From the NCBI RefSeq assembly GCF_964355755.1, contig NC_092679.1, positions 9,268,201 through 9,332,200 on the forward strand: a stretch of DNA of 64,000 nt. Reading direction: 5' to 3'. The stretch is from Antedon mediterranea. Taxonomy: Eukaryota > Animalia > Echinodermata. This document shows, piece by piece, positions 37,501 through 53,000 of this stretch; the stretch's first letter is position 1, and each line of letters starts with the position of its first letter. Below the pieces are notes generated by a model. That model worked only from the letters and a program-made list of their open reading frames with translations, was not told where the DNA came from and ran no database searches. The position numbers were made by a program, and so were the translations under genes.

Positions 37501-40500
37501 GCTATTCTGTACACTTTGATGTTTTTATGTTAACAAGTTTTTTAGAAAATCACAAAATGGTCTAAAACATCTCCAAATGCGATTTAAAGCTATTTTAAGC
37601 ACTTTGGTGTTTTTATGTTAACAAGTTTTTTCGAAAATCACAAAATGGTCTAAAACGTCTCCAAATGCGATTTGAAGCTATTTTAAGCACTTGGGTGTTT
37701 TTGTGTTAACAAGTTTTTCGAAATGCTCAAAATGGTCTAAAACGTTTCCAAATGCGATTTGAAGCTATTCTGTACACTTTGATGTTTTGTGTGAAAATTT
37801 TCTGTCGAAATGCTCAAAATGGTCAAAAACGTTTTTAAATACGATATTAAGCTACTTTGTGCTCTTTGATGTTTTTGTGTGAAATGTTTTATCGAAATGC
37901 TCAAAATGGTCTAAAACGGTTTCTAATGTGATTTCAAGCACTTTGATGTTTTTGTGTAACCAAGTTTTTCGAAAATCACAAAATTGTCTAAAACGTCTCC
38001 AAATGCGATTTGAAGCTATTCTGTACTCTTTGATGTTTTTATGTTAACAAGTTTTTCGAAAATCACAAAATGGTCTAAAACGTCTCCAAATGCGATTTTA
38101 AGCTATTCTAAGCACTTTGGTGTTTTTATGTTAACAAGTTTTTTTGAAATCACAAAATGGTCTAAAACGTCTCTAAATGAGATTTGAAGCTTTTCTGTAC
38201 ATTTTGATGTTTTTATGTTAACAAGTTTTTTCGAAAATCACAAAATGGTCTAAAATGTCTCCAAATGCGATTTGAAGCTATTCTAAGCACTTTGGTGTTT
38301 TTATGGAAACAATTTTTTTCGAAAATCACAAAATGGTCTAAAACGTCTCCAAATGTGATTTGAAGCTATTCTGTACACTTTGATGTTTTTATGTTAACAA
38401 GTTTTTCGAAAATCACAAAATGGTCTAAAACGTCTCCAAATGCGATTTTAAGCTATTCTAAGCACTTTGGTGTTTTTATGTTAACAAGTTTTTTTGAAAA
38501 TCACAAAATGGTCTAAAACGTCTCTAAATGCGATTTGAAGCTATTTTAAGAACTTTGGTGTTTTTATCTTAACAAGTTTTTTCGAAAATCACAAAATGGT
38601 CTAAAACGTCTCCAAATGCGATTTGAAGCTATTCTAAGCACTTTTGTGTTTTTATGTTAACAAGTTTTTTCGAAAATCACAATATGGTCTAAAACGTCTG
38701 CAAATGCGATTTGAAGCTATTCTAAGCACTTTGGTGTTTTTATGGAAACAATTTTTTTCGAAAATCACAAAATGGTCTAAAACGTCTCCAAATGTGATTT
38801 GAAGCTATTCTGTACACTTTGATGTTTTTATGTTAGCAAGTTTTTTCGAAAATCACAAAATGGTCTAAAACGTCTACAAATGCGATTTGAAGCTAATCTG
38901 TACACTTTGATGTTTTTATGTTAACAAGTTTTTTCGAAAATCACAAAAGGGTCTAAAATGTCTGTAAATGCGATTTGAAGCTATTTAAAGCACTTTGGTG
39001 TTTTTAGATTAACAAGTTTTTTCGAAAATCACAAAATGGTCTAAAACGTCTACAAATGCGATTTGAAGCTATTCTAAGCACTTTTGTGTTTTTATGTTAA
39101 CAAGTTTTTTCGAAAATCACAAAATGGTCTAAAACGTCTCCAAATGCGATTTGAAGCTATTTTAAGCACTTTGGTGTTTTTGTGTTAACAAGTTTTTCGA
39201 AAATCACAAAATGGTCTAAAACGTTTCCAAATGCGATTTGAAGCTATTCTGTACACTTTGATGTTTTGTGTGAAAATTTTCTTTCGAAATGCTCAAAATG
39301 GTCAAAAACGTTTTTAAATACGATATTAAGCTACTTTGTGCTCTTTGATGTTTTTGTGTGAAATGTTTTATCGAAATGCTCAAAATGGTCTAAAACGGTT
39401 TCTAATGTGATTTCAAGCACTTTGATGTTTTTGTGTAACCAAGTTTTTCGAAAATCACAAAATTGTCTAAAACGTCTCCAAATGCGATTTGAAGCTATTC
39501 TGTACACTTTGATGTTTTTATGTTAACAAGTTTTTCGAAAATCACAAAATGGTCTAAAACGTCTCCAAATGCGATTTGAAGCTATTCTGTACACTTTGAT
39601 GTTTTTATGTTAACAAGTTTTTCGAAAATCACAAAATGGTGTAAAACGTCTCTAAATGTGATTTGAAGCTTTTCTGTACACTTTAATGTTTTTATGTTAA
39701 CAACTTTTTTCGAAAATCACAAAATGGTCTAAAATGTCTCCAAATGCGATTTGAAGCTATTCTAAGCACTTTGATGTTTTTATGTTAACAAGTTTTTTCG
39801 AAAATCACAAAATGGTCTAAAACGTCTCCAATAGCGATTTTAAGCTATTCTGTACACTTTGATGTTTTTATGTTAACAAGTTTTTCGAAAATCACAAAAT
39901 GGTCTAAAACGTCTCCAAATGCGATTTTAAGCTATTCTAAGCACTTTGGTGTTTTTATGTTAACAAGTTTTTTTGAAAATCACAAAATGGTCTAAAACGT
40001 CTCTAAATGCGATTTGAAGCTTTTCTGTACACTTTGATGTTTTTATGTTAACAACTTTTTTCGAAAATCACAAAATGGTCTAAAATGTCTCCAAATGCGA
40101 TTTGAAGCTATTCTAAGCACTTTTGTGTTTTTATGTTAACAAGTTTTTTCGAAAATCACAAAATGGTCTAAAACGTCTCCAAATGCGATTTGAAGCTATT
40201 TTAAGCACTTTGGTGTTTTTGTGTTAACAAGTTTTTCGAAAATCACAAAATGGTCTAAAACGTTTCCAAATGCGATTTGAAGCTATTCTGTACACTTTGA
40301 TGTTTTGTGTGAAAATTTTCTTTCGAAATGCTCAAAATGGTCAAAAACGTTTTTAAATACGATATTAAGCTACTTTGTGCTCTTTGATGTTTTTGTGTGA
40401 AATGTTTTATCGAAATGCTCAAAATGGTCTAAAACGGTTTCTAATGTGATTTCAAGCACTTTGATGTTTTTGTGTAACCAAGTTTTTCGAAAATCACAAA

Positions 40501-40599
40501 ATTGTCTAAAACGTCTCCAAATGCGATTTGAAGCTATTCTGTACACTTTGATGTTTTTATGTTAACAAGTTTTTCGAAAATCACAAAATGGTCTAAAAC

Positions 40600-43500
40600 G
40601 TCTCCAAATGCGATTTGAAGCTATTCTGTAAACTTTGATGTTTTTATGTTAACAAGTTTTTCGAAAATCACAAAATGGTCTAAAACGTCTCTAAATGCGA
40701 TTTGAAGCTTTTCTGTACACTTTGATGTTTTTATGTTAACAACTTTTTTCGAAAATCACAAAATGGTCTAAAATGTCTCCAAATGCGATTTGAAGCTATT
40801 CTAAGCACTTTGATGTTTTTATGTTACCAAGTTTTTTCGAAAATCACAAAATGGTCTAAAACGTCTCCAATAGCGATTTTAAGCTATTCTGTACACTTTG
40901 ATGTTTTTATGTTAACAAGTTTTTCGAAAATCACAAAATGGTCTAAAACGTCTCCAAATGCGATTTTAAGCTATTCTAAGCACTTTGGTGTTTTTATGTT
41001 AATAAGTTTTTTTGAAAATCACAAAATGGTCTAAAACGTCTCTAAATGCGATTTGAAGCTTTTCTGTACACTTTGATGTTTTTATGTTAACAACTTTTTT
41101 CGAAAATCACAAAATGGTCTAAAATGTCTCCAAATGCGATTTGAAGCTATTCTAAGCACTTTGGTGTTTTTATGGAAACAATTTTTTTCGAAAATCACAA
41201 AATGGTCTAAAACGTCTCCAATAGCGATTTGAAGCTTTTCTGTACACTTTGGTGTTTTTATGTTAACAAGTTTTTTCGAAAATCACAAAATGGTCTAAAA
41301 CGTCTCCAAATGCGATTTGAAGCTAATCTGTACACTTTGATGTTTTTATGTTAACAAGTTTTTTCGAAAATCACAAAATGGTCTAAAACGTTTCCAAATG
41401 CGATTTGAAGCTTTTCTTTACACTTTGGTGTTTTTATGTTAACAAGTTTTTTCGAAAATCACAAAATGGTCTAAAACGTCTCCAAATGCGATTTGAAGCT
41501 ATTCTGTACACTTTGATGTTTTTATGTTAACAAGTTTTTTCGAAGATCACAAAATGGTCTAAAACGTCTACAAATGCAATTTGAAGCTATTCTAAGCACT
41601 TTTGTGTTTTTATGTTAACAAGTTTTTTCGAAAATCACAAAATGGTCTAAAACGTCTGCAAATGCGATTTTAAACTATTCTTAGCACATGGGTGTTTTTA
41701 TTTAAACAAATTTTTTCGAAACTCACAAAATGGTCTAAAACGTCTCCAAATGCGATTTGAAGCTATTTTAAGCACTTTGGTGTTTTTGTGTTAACAAGTT
41801 TTTCGAAATGCTCAAAATGGTCTAAAACGTTTTTAAACACGATATTAAGCTATTTTGTGCTCTTTGGTGTTTTTTTGTGAAAAGTTTTAGCAAAATGCTC
41901 AAAATGGTCTAAAACGATTTCTAATGTGATTTTAAGCACTTTGATGTTTTTATGTTAACTAGTTTTTTCGAAAATCACAAAATGGTCTAAAACGTCTCCA
42001 AATGCGATTTGAAGCTATTTTAAGCACTTAAGTGCTTTTGTGTAACCAAGTTTTTTTGAAAATCACAAAAGGGTCTAAAATGTCTCCAAATGTGATTTGA
42101 AGCTATTTTAAGCACTTTGGTGTTTTTGTGTTAACAAGTTTTTCGGAAATCACCAAATTGTCTAAAACGTCTCCAAATGCGATTTGAAGCTATTCTGTAC
42201 ACTTTGATGTTTTTATGTTAACAAGTTTTTTAGAAAATCACAAAATGGTCTAAAACATCTCCAAATGCGATTTAAAGCTATTTTAAGCACTTTGGTGTTT
42301 TTATGTTAACAAGTTTTTTCGAAAATCACAAAATGGTCTAAAACGTCTCCAAATGCGATTTGAAGCTATTTTAAGCACTTTGGTGTTTTTGTGTTAACAA
42401 GTTTTTCGAAATGCTCAAAATGGTCTAAAACGTTTCCAAATGCGATTTGAAACTATTCTGTACACTTTGATGTTTTGTGTGAAAATTTTCTGTCGAAATG
42501 CTCAAAATGGTCAAAAACGTTTTTAAATACGATATTAAGCTACTTTGTGCTCTTTGATGTTTTTGTGTGAAATGTTTTATCGAAATGCTCAAAATGGTCT
42601 AAAACGGTTTCTAATGTGATTTCAAGCACTTTGATGTTTTTGTGTAACCAAGTTTTTCGAAAATCACAAAATTGTCTAAAACGTCTCCAAATGCGATTTG
42701 AAGCTATTCTGTACTCTTTGATGTTTTTATGTTAACAAGTTTTTCGAAAATCACAAAATGGTCTAAAACGTCTCCAAATGCGATTTTAAGCTATTCTAAG
42801 CACTTTGGTGTTTTTATGTTAACAAGTTTTTTTGAAATCACAAAATGGTCTAAAACGTCTCTAAATGAGATTTGAAGCTTTTCTGTACATTTTGATGTTT
42901 TTATGTTAACAAGTTTTTTCGAAAATCACAAAATGGTCTAAAATGTCTCCAAATGCGATTTGAAGCTATTCTAAGCACTTTGGTGTTTTTATGGAAACAA
43001 TTTTTTTCGAAAATCACAAAATGGTCTAAAACGTCTCCAAATGTGATTTGAAGCTATTCTGTACACTTTGATGTTTTTATGTTAGCAAGTTTTTTCGAAA
43101 ATCACAAAATGGTCTAAAACGTCTACAAATGCGATTTGAAGCTAATCTGTACACTTTGATGTTTTTATGTTAACAAGTTTTTTCGAAAATCACAAAAGGG
43201 TCTAAAATGTCTGTAAATGCTATTTGAAGCTATTTAAAGCACTTTGGTGTTTTTAGGTTAACAAGTTTTTTCGAAAATCACAAAAGGGTCTAAAATGTCT
43301 GTAAATGCGATTTGAAGCTATTTAAAGCACTTTTGTGTTTTTATGTTAACAAGTTTTTTCGAAAATCACAAAATGGTCTAAAACGTCTCCAAATGCGATT
43401 TGAAGCTATTTTAAGCACTTTGGTGTTTTTGTGTTAACAAGTTTTTCGAAAATCACAAAATGGTCTAAAACGTTTCCAAATGCGATTTGAAGCTATTCTG

Positions 43501-46500
43501 TACACTTTGATGTTTTGTGTGAAAATTTTCTTTCGAAATGCTCAAAATGGTCAAAAACGTTTTTAAATACGATATTAAGCTACTTTGTGCTCTTTGATGT
43601 TTTTGTGTGAAATGTTTTATCGAAATGCTCAAAATGGTCTAAAACGGTTTCTAATGTGATTTCAAGCACTTTGATGTTTTTGTGTAACCAAGTTTTTCGA
43701 AAATCACAAAATTGTCTAAAGCGTCTCCAAATGCGATTTGAAGCTATTCTGTAAACTTTGATGTTTTTATGTTAACAAGTTTTTCGAAAATCACAAAATG
43801 GTCTAAAACGTCTCTAAATGCGATTTGAAGCTTTTCTGTACACTTTGATGTTTTTATGTTAACAACTTTTTTCGAAAATCACAAAATGGTCTAAAATGTC
43901 TCCAAATGCGATTTGAAGCTATTCTAAGCACTTTGATGTTTTTATGTTACCAAGTTTTTTCGAAAATCACAAAATGGTCTAAAACGTCTCCAATAGCGAT
44001 TTTAAGCTATTCTGTACACTTTGATGTTTTTATGTTAACAAGTTTTTCGAAAATCACAAAATGGTCTAAAACGTCTCCAAATGCGATTTTAAGCTATTCT
44101 AAGCACTTTGGTGTTTTTATGTTAACAAGTTTTTTTGAAAATCACAAAATGGTCTAAAACGTCTCTAAATGCGATTTGAAGCTTTTCTGTACACTTTGAT
44201 GTCTTTATGTTAACAACTTTTTTCGAAAATCACAAAATGGTCTAAAATGTCTCCAAATGCGATTTGAAGCTATTCTAAGCACTTTGGTGTTTTTATGGAA
44301 ACAATTTTTTTCGAAAATCACAAAATGGTCTAAAACGTCTCCAATAGCGATTTGAAGCTTTTCTGTACACTTTGGTGTTTTTATGTTAACAAGTTTTTTC
44401 GAAAATCACAAAATGGTCTAAAACGTCTCCAAATGCGATTTGAAGCTAATCTGTACACTTTGATGTTTTTATGTTAACAAGTTTTTTCGAAAATCACAAA
44501 ATGGTCTAAAACGTTTCCAAATGCGATTTGAAGCTTTTCTTTACACTTTGGTGTTTTTATGTTAACAAGTTTTTTCGAAAATCACAAAATGGTCTAAAAC
44601 GTCTCCAAATGCGATTTGAAGCTATTCTGTACACTTTGATGTTTTTATGTTAACAAGTTTTTTCGAAGATCACAAAATGGTCTAAAACGTCTACAAATGC
44701 AATTTGAAGCTATTCTAAGCACTTTTGTGTTTTTATGTTAACAAGTTTTTTCGAAAATCACAAAATGGTCTAAAACGTCTGCAAATGCGATTTTAAACTA
44801 TTCTTAGCACATGGGTGTTTTTATTTAAACAAATTTTTTCGAAACTCACAAAATGGTCTAAAACGTCTCCAAATGCGATTTGAAGCTATTTTAAGCACTT
44901 TGGTGTTTTTGTGTTAACAAGTTTTTCGAAATGCTCAAAATGGTCTAAAACGTTTTTAAACACGATATTAAGCTATTTTGTGCTCTTTGGTGTTTTTTTG
45001 TGAAAAGTTTTAGCAAAATGCTCAAAATGGTCTAAAACGATTTCTAATGTGATTTTAAGCACTTTGATGTTTTTATGTTAACTAGTTTTTTCGAAAATCA
45101 CAAAATGGTCTAAAACGTTTCCAAATGCGATTTGAAGCTATTTTAAGCACTTAAGTGCTTTTGTGTAACCAAGTTTTTTTGAAAATCACAAAAGGGTCTA
45201 AAATGTCTCCAAATGTGATTTGAAGCTATTTTAAGCACTTTGGTGTTTTTGTGTTAACAAGTTTTTCGGAAATCACCAAATTGTCTAAAACGTCTCCAAA
45301 TGCGATTTGAAGCTATTCTGTACACTTTGATGTTTTTATGTTAACAAGTTTTTTAGAAAATCACAAAATGGTCTAAAACATCTCCAAATGCGATTTAAAG
45401 CTATTTTAAGCACTTTGGTGTTTTTATGTTAACAAGTTTTTTCGAAAATCACAAAATGGTCTAAAACGTCTCCAAATGCGATTTGAAGCTATTTTAAGCA
45501 CTTTGGTGTTTTTGTGTTAACAAGTTTTTCGAAATGCTCAAAATGGTCTAAAACGTTTCCAAATGCGATTTGAAGCTATTCTGTACACTTTGATGTTTTG
45601 TGTGAAAATTTTCTGTCGAAATGCTCAAAATGGTCAAAAACGTTTTTAAATACGATATTAAGCTACTTTGTGCTCTTTGATGTTTTTGTGTGAAATGTTT
45701 TATCGAAATGCTCAAAATGGTCTAAAACGGTTTCTAATGTGATTTCAAGCACTTTGATGTTTTTGTGTAACCAAGTTTTTCGAAAATCACAAAATTGTCT
45801 AAAACGTCTCCAAATGCGATTTGAAGCTATTCTGTACTCTTTGATGTTTTTATGTTAACAAGTTTTTCGAAAATCACAAAATGGTCTAAAACGTCTCCAA
45901 ATGCGATTTTAAGCTATTCTAAGCACTTTGGTGTTTTTATGTTAACAAGTTTTTTTGAAATCACAAAATGGTCTAAAACGTCTCTAAATGAGATTTGAAG
46001 CTTTTCTGTACATTTTGATGTTTTTATGTTAACAAGTTTTTTCGAAAATCACAAAATGGTCTAAAATGTCTCCAAATGCGATTTGAAGCTATTCTAAGCA
46101 CTTTGGTGTTTTTATGGAAACAATTTTTTTCGAAAATCACAAAATGGTCTAAAACGTCTCCAAATGTGATTTGAAGCTATTCTGTACACTTTGATGTTTT
46201 TATGTTAGCAAGTTTTTTCGAAAATCACAAAATGGTCTAAAACGTCTACAAATGCGATTTGAAGCTAATCTGTACACTTTGATGTTTTTATGTTAACAAG
46301 TTTTTTCGAAAATCACAAAAGGGTCTAAAATGTCTGTAAATGCTATTTGAAGCTATTTAAAGCACTTTGGTGTTTTTAGGTTAACAAGTTTTTTCGAAAA
46401 TCACAAAAGGGTCTAAAATGTCTGTAAATGCGATTTGAAGCTATTTAAAGCACTTTTGTGTTTTTATGTTAACAAGTTTTTTCGAAAATCACAAAATGGT

Positions 46501-49500
46501 CTAAAACGTCTCCAAATGCGATTTGAAGCTATTTTAAGCACTTTGGTGTTTTTGTGTTAACAAGTTTTTCGAAAATCACAAAATGGTCTAAAACGTTTCC
46601 AAATGCGATTTGAAGCTATTCTGTACACTTTGATGTTTTGTGTGAAAATTTTCTTTCGAAATGCTCAAAATGGTCAAAAACGTTTTTAAATACGATATTA
46701 AGCTACTTTGTGCTCTTTGATGTTTTTGTGTGAAATGTTTTATCGAAATGCTCAAAATGGTCTAAAACGGTTTCTAATGTGATTTCAAGCACTTTGATGT
46801 TTTTGTGTAACCAAGTTTTTCGAAAATCACAAAATTGTCTAAAACGTCTCCAAATGCGATTTGAAGCTATTCTGTACACTTTGATGTTTTTATGTTAACA
46901 AGTTTTTCGAAAATCACAAAATGGTCTAAAACGTCTCTAAATGCGATTTGAAGCTTTTCTGTACACTTTGATGTTTTTATGTTAACAACTTTTTTCGAAA
47001 ATCACAAAATGGTCTAAAATGTCTCCAAATGCGATTTGAAGCTATTCTAAGCACTTTGATGTTTTTATGTTACCAAGTTTTTTCGAAAATCACAAAATGG
47101 TCTAAAACGTCTCCAATAGCGATTTTAAGCTATTCTGTACACTTTGATGTTTTTATGTTAACAAGTTTTTCGAAAATCACAAAATGGTCTAAAACGTCTC
47201 CAAATGCGATTTTAAGCTATTCTAAGCACTTTGGTGTTTTTATGTTAACAAGTTTTTTTGAAAATCACAAAATGGTCTAAAACGTCTCTAAATGCGATTT
47301 GAAGCTTTTCTGTACACTTTGATGTCTTTATGTTAACAACTTTTTTCGAAAATCACAAAATGGTCTAAAATGTCTCCAAATGCGATTTGAAGCTATTCTA
47401 AGCACTTTGGTGTTTTTATGGAAACAATTTTTTTCGAAAATCACAAAATGGTCTAAAACGTCTCCAATAGCGATTTGAAGCTTTTCTGTACACTTTGGTG
47501 TTTTTATGTTAACAAGTTTTTTCGAAAATCACAAAATGGTCTAAAACGTCTCCAAATGCGATTTGAAGCTAATCTGTACACTTTGATGTTTTTATGTTAA
47601 CAAGTTTTTTCGAAAATCACAAAATGGTCTAAAACGTTTCCAAATGCGATTTGAAGCTTTTCTTTACACTTTGGTGTTTTTATGTTAACAAGTTTTTTCG
47701 AAAATCACAAAATGGTCTAAAACGTCTCCAAATGCGATTTGAAGCTATTCTGTACACTTTGATGTTTTTATGTTAACAAGTTTTTTCGAAGATCACAAAA
47801 TGGTCTAAAACGTCTACAAATGCAATTTGAAGCTATTCTAAGCACTTTTGTGTTTTTATGTTAACAAGTTTTTTCGAAAATCACAAAATGGTCTAAAACG
47901 TCTGCAAATGCGATTTTAAACTATTCTTAGCACATGGGTGTTTTTATTTAAACAAATTTTTTCGAAACTCACAAAATGGTCTAAAACGTCTCCAAATGCG
48001 ATTTGAAGCTATTTTAAGCACTTTGGTGTTTTTGTGTTAACAAGTTTTTCGAAATGCTCAAAATGGTCTAAAACGTTTTTAAACACGATATTAAGCTATT
48101 TTGTGCTCTTTGGTGTTTTTTTGTGAAAAGTTTTAGCAAAATGCTCAAAATGGTCTAAAACGATTTCTAATGTGATTTTAAGCACTTTGATGTTTTTATG
48201 TTAACTAGTTTTTTCGAAAATCACAAAATGGTCTAAAACGTTTCCAAATGCGATTTGAAGCTATTTTAAGCACTTAAGTGCTTTTGTGTAACCAAGTTTT
48301 TTTGAAAATCACAAAAGGGTCTAAAATGTCTCCAAATGTGATTTGAAGCTATTTTAAGCACTTTGGTGTTTTTGTGTTAACAAGTTTTTCGGAAATCACC
48401 AAATTGTCTAAAACGTCTCCAAATGCGATTTGAAGCTATTCTGTACACTTTGATGTTTTTATGTTAACAAGTTTTTTAGAAAATCACAAAATGGTCTAAA
48501 ACATCTCCAAATGCGATTTAAAGCTATTTTAAGCACTTTGGTGTTTTTATGTTAACAAGTTTTTTCGAAAATCACAAAATGGTCTAAAACGTCTCCAAAT
48601 GCGATTTGAAGCTATTTTAAGCACTTTGGTGTTTTTGTGTTAACAAGTTTTTCGAAATGCTCAAAATGGTCTAAAACGTTTCCAAATGCGATTTGAAGCT
48701 ATTCTGTACACTTTGATGTTTTGTGTGAAAATTTTCTGTCGAAATGCTCAAAATGGTCAAAAACGTTTTTAAATACGATATTAAGCTACTTTGTGCTCTT
48801 TGATGTTTTTGTGTGAAATGTTTTATCGAAATGCTCAAAATGGTCTAAAACGGTTTCTAATGTGATTTCAAGCACTTTGATGTTTTTGTGTAACCAAGTT
48901 TTTCGAAAATCACAAAATTGTCTAAAACGTCTCCAAATGCGATTTGAAGCTATTCTGTACTCTTTGATGTTTTTATGTTAACAAGTTTTTCGAAAATCAC
49001 AAAATGGTCTAAAACGTCTCCAAATGCGATTTTAAGCTATTCTAAGCACTTTGGTGTTTTTATGTTAACAAGTTTTTTTGAAATCACAAAATGGTCTAAA
49101 ACGTCTCTAAATGAGATTTGAAGCTTTTCTGTACATTTTGATGTTTTTATGTTAACAAGTTTTTTCGAAAATCACAAAATGGTCTAAAATGTCTCCAAAT
49201 GCGATTTGAAGCTATTCTAAGCACTTTGGTGTTTTTATGGAAACAATTTTTTTCGAAAATCACAAAATGGTCTAAAACGTCTCCAAATGTGATTTGAAGC
49301 TATTCTGTACACTTTGATGTTTTTATGTTAGCAAGTTTTTTCGAAAATCACAAAATGGTCTAAAACGTCTACAAATGCGATTTGAAGCTAATCTGTACAC
49401 TTTGATGTTTTTATGTTAACAAGTTTTTTCGAAAATCACAAAAGGGTCTAAAATGTCTGTAAATGCTATTTGAAGCTATTTAAAGCACTTTGGTGTTTTT

Positions 49501-50050
49501 AGGTTAACAAGTTTTTTCGAAAATCACAAAAGGGTCTAAAATGTCTGTAAATGCGATTTGAAGCTATTTAAAGCACTTTTGTGTTTTTATGTTAACAAGT
49601 TTTTTCGAAAATCACAAAATGGTCTAAAACGTCTCCAAATGCGATTTGAAGCTATTTTAAGCACTTTGGTGTTTTTGTGTTAACAAGTTTTTCGAAAATC
49701 ACAAAATGGTCTAAAACGTTTCCAAATGCGATTTGAAGCTATTCTGTACACTTTGATGTTTTGTGTGAAAATTTTCTTTCGAAATGCTCAAAATGGTCAA
49801 AAACGTTTTTAAATACGATATTAAGCTACTTTGTGCTCTTTGATGTTTTTGTGTGAAATGTTTTATCGAAATGCTCAAAATGGTCTAAAACGGTTTCTAA
49901 TGTGATTTCAAGCACTTTGATGTTTTTGTGTAACCAAGTTTTTCGAAAATCACAAAATTGTCTAAAACGTCTCCAAATGCGATTTGAAGCTATTCTGTAC
50001 ACTTTGATGTTTTTATGTTAACAAGTTTTTCGAAAATCACAAAATGGTCT
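40600..50050. repeat. Three tandem copies of a 3,123-bp higher-order repeat (~36 monomers)
   Basis: Marker ORFs at 40783, 43906 and 47029 are spaced exactly 3,123 bp; the rare variant GTAAACTTT at 40628 and 43751 has the same offset. Boundaries and monomer count are approximate. Confidence 0.9.
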
Positions 50051-53000
50051 AAAACGTCTCCAAATGCGATTTGAAGCTATTCTGTACACTTTGATGTTTT
50101 TATGTTAACAAGTTTTTCGAAAATCACAAAATGGTCTAAAACGTCTCTAAATGCGATTTGAAGCTTTTCTGTACACTTTGATGTTTTTATGTTAACAACT
50201 TTTTTCGAAAATCACAAAATGGTCTAAAACGTCTACAAATGCGATTTGAAGCTATTCTAAGCACTTTTGTGTTTTTATGTTAACAAGTTTTTTCGAAAAT
50301 AACAAAATGGTCTAAAACGTCTGCAAATGCGATTTGAAGCTATTTTAAGCACTTTGGTGTTTTTGTGTTAACAAGTTTTTCGAAATGCTCAAAATGGTCT
50401 AAAACGTTTCCAAATGCGATTTGAAGCTATTCTGTACACTTTGATGTTTTGTGTGAAAATTTTCTGTCGAAATGCTCAAAATGGTCAAAAACGTTTTTAA
50501 ATACGATATTAAGCTACTTTGTGCTCTTTGATGTTTTTGTGTGAAATGTTTTATCGAAATGCTCAAAATGGTTTAAAACGGTTTCTAATGTGATTTCAAG
50601 CACTTTGATGTTTTTGTGTAACCAAGTTTTTCGAAAATCACAAAATTGTCTAAAACGTCTCCAAATGCGATTTGAAGCTATTCTGTACACTTTGGTGTTT
50701 TTATGTTAACAAGTTTTTTCGAAAATCACAAAATGGTCTAAAACGTCTCCAAATGCGATTTAAAGCTATTTTAAGCACTTTTGTGTTTTTGTGTTAACAA
50801 GTTTTTCGAAAATCACAAAATGGTCTAAAACGTTTCCAAATGCGATTTGAAGCTATTCTGTACACTTTGATGTTTTGTGTGAAAATTTTCTTTCGAAATG
50901 CTCAAAATGGTCAAAAAAGTTTTTAAATACGATATTAAGCTACTTTGTGCTCTTTGATGTTTTTGTGTGAAATGTTTTATCGAAATGCTCAAAATGGTCT
51001 AAAACGGTTTCTAATGTGATTTCAAGCACTTTGATGTTTTTGTGTAACCAAGTTTTTCGAAAATCACAAAATTGTCTAAAACGTCTCCAAATGCGATTTG
51101 AAGCTATTCTGTACACTTTGATGTTTTTATGTTAACAAGTTTTTCGAAAATCACAAAATGGTCTAAAACGTCTCCAAATGCGATTTGAAGCTATTCTGTA
51201 CACTTTGATGTTTTTATGTTAACAAGTTTTTCGAAAATCACAAAATGGTCTAAAACGTCTCTAAATGCGATTTGAAGCTTTTCTGTACACTTTGATGTTT
51301 TTATGTTAACAACTTTTTTCGAAAATCACAAAATGGTCTAAAATGTCTCCAAATGCGATTTGAAGCTATTCTAAGCACTTTGATGTTTTTATGTTACCAA
51401 GTTTTTTCGAAAATCACAAAATGGTCTAAAATGTCTCCAATAGCGATTTTAAGCTATTCTGTACACTTTGATGTTTTTATGTTAACAAGTTTTTCGAAAA
51501 TCACAAAATGGTCTAAAACGTCTCCAAATGCGATTTTAAGCTATTCTAAGCACTTTGGTGTTTTTATGTTAACAAGTTTTTTTGAAAATCACAAAATGGT
51601 CTAAAACGTCTCTAAATGCGATTTGAAGCTTTTCTGTACACTTTGATGTTTTTATGTTAACAACTTTTTTCGAAAATCACAAAATGGTCTAAAATGTCTC
51701 CAAATGCGATTTGAAGCTATTCTAAGCACTTTGGTGTTTTTATGGAAACAATTTTTTTCGAAAATCACAAAATGGTCTAAAACGTCTCCAATAGCGATTT
51801 GAAGCTTTTCTGTACACTTTGGTGTTTTTATGTTAACAAGTTTTTTCGAAAATCACAAAATGGTCTAAAACGTCTCCAAATGCGATTTGAAGCTAATCTG
51901 TACACTTTGATGTTTTTATGTTAACAAGTTTTTTCGAAGATCACAAAATGGTCTAAAACGTCTACAAATGCAATTTGAAGCTATTCTAAGCACTTTTGTG
52001 TTTTTATGTTAACAAGTTTTTTCGAAAATCACAAAATGGTCTAAAACGTCTGCAAATGCGATTTTAAACTATTCTTAGCACATTGGTGTTTTTATTTAAA
52101 CAAATTTTTTCGAAACTCACAAAATGGTCTAAAACGTCTCCAAATGCGATTTGAAGCTATTTTAAGCACTTTGGTGTTTTTGTGTTAACAAGTTTTTCGA
52201 AATGCTCAAAATGGTCTAAAACGTTTTTAAACACGATATTAAGCTATTTTGTGCTCTTTGGTGTTTTTTTGTGAAAAGTTTTAGCAAAATGCTCAAAATG
52301 GTCTAAAACGATTTCTAATGTGATTTTAAGCACTTTGATGTTTTTATGTTAACTAGTTTTTTCGAAAATCACAAAATGGTCTAAAACGTCTCCAAATGCG
52401 ATTTGAAGCTATTTTAAGCACTTAAGTGCTTTTGTGTAACCAAGTTTTTTTGAAAATCACAAAAGGGTCTAAAATGTCTCCAAATGTGATTTGAAGCTAT
52501 TTTAAGCACTTTGGTGTTTTTGTGTTAACAAGTTTTTCGGAAATCACAAAATTGTCTAAAACGTCTCCAAATGCGATTTGAAGCTATTCTGTACACTTTG
52601 ATGTTTTTATGTTAACAAGTTTTTTAGAAAATCACAAAATGGTCTAAAACATCTCCAAATGCGATTTAAAGCTATTTTAAGCACTTTGGTGTTTTTATGT
52701 TAACAAGTTTTTTCGAAAATCACAAAATGGTCTAAAACGTCTCCAAATGCGATTTGAAGCTTTTCTGTACACTTTGGTGTTTTTATGGAAACAATTTTTT
52801 TCGAAAATCACAAAATGGTCTAAAATGTCTCCAAATGCGATTTGAAGCTATTCTAAGCACTTTGATGTTTTTATGTTAACAAGTTTTTTCGAAAATCACA
52901 AAATGGTCTAAAACGTCTCCAATAGCGATTTTAAGCTATTCTGTACACTTTGATGTTTTTATGTTAACAACTTTTTTCGAAAATCACAAAATGGTCTAAA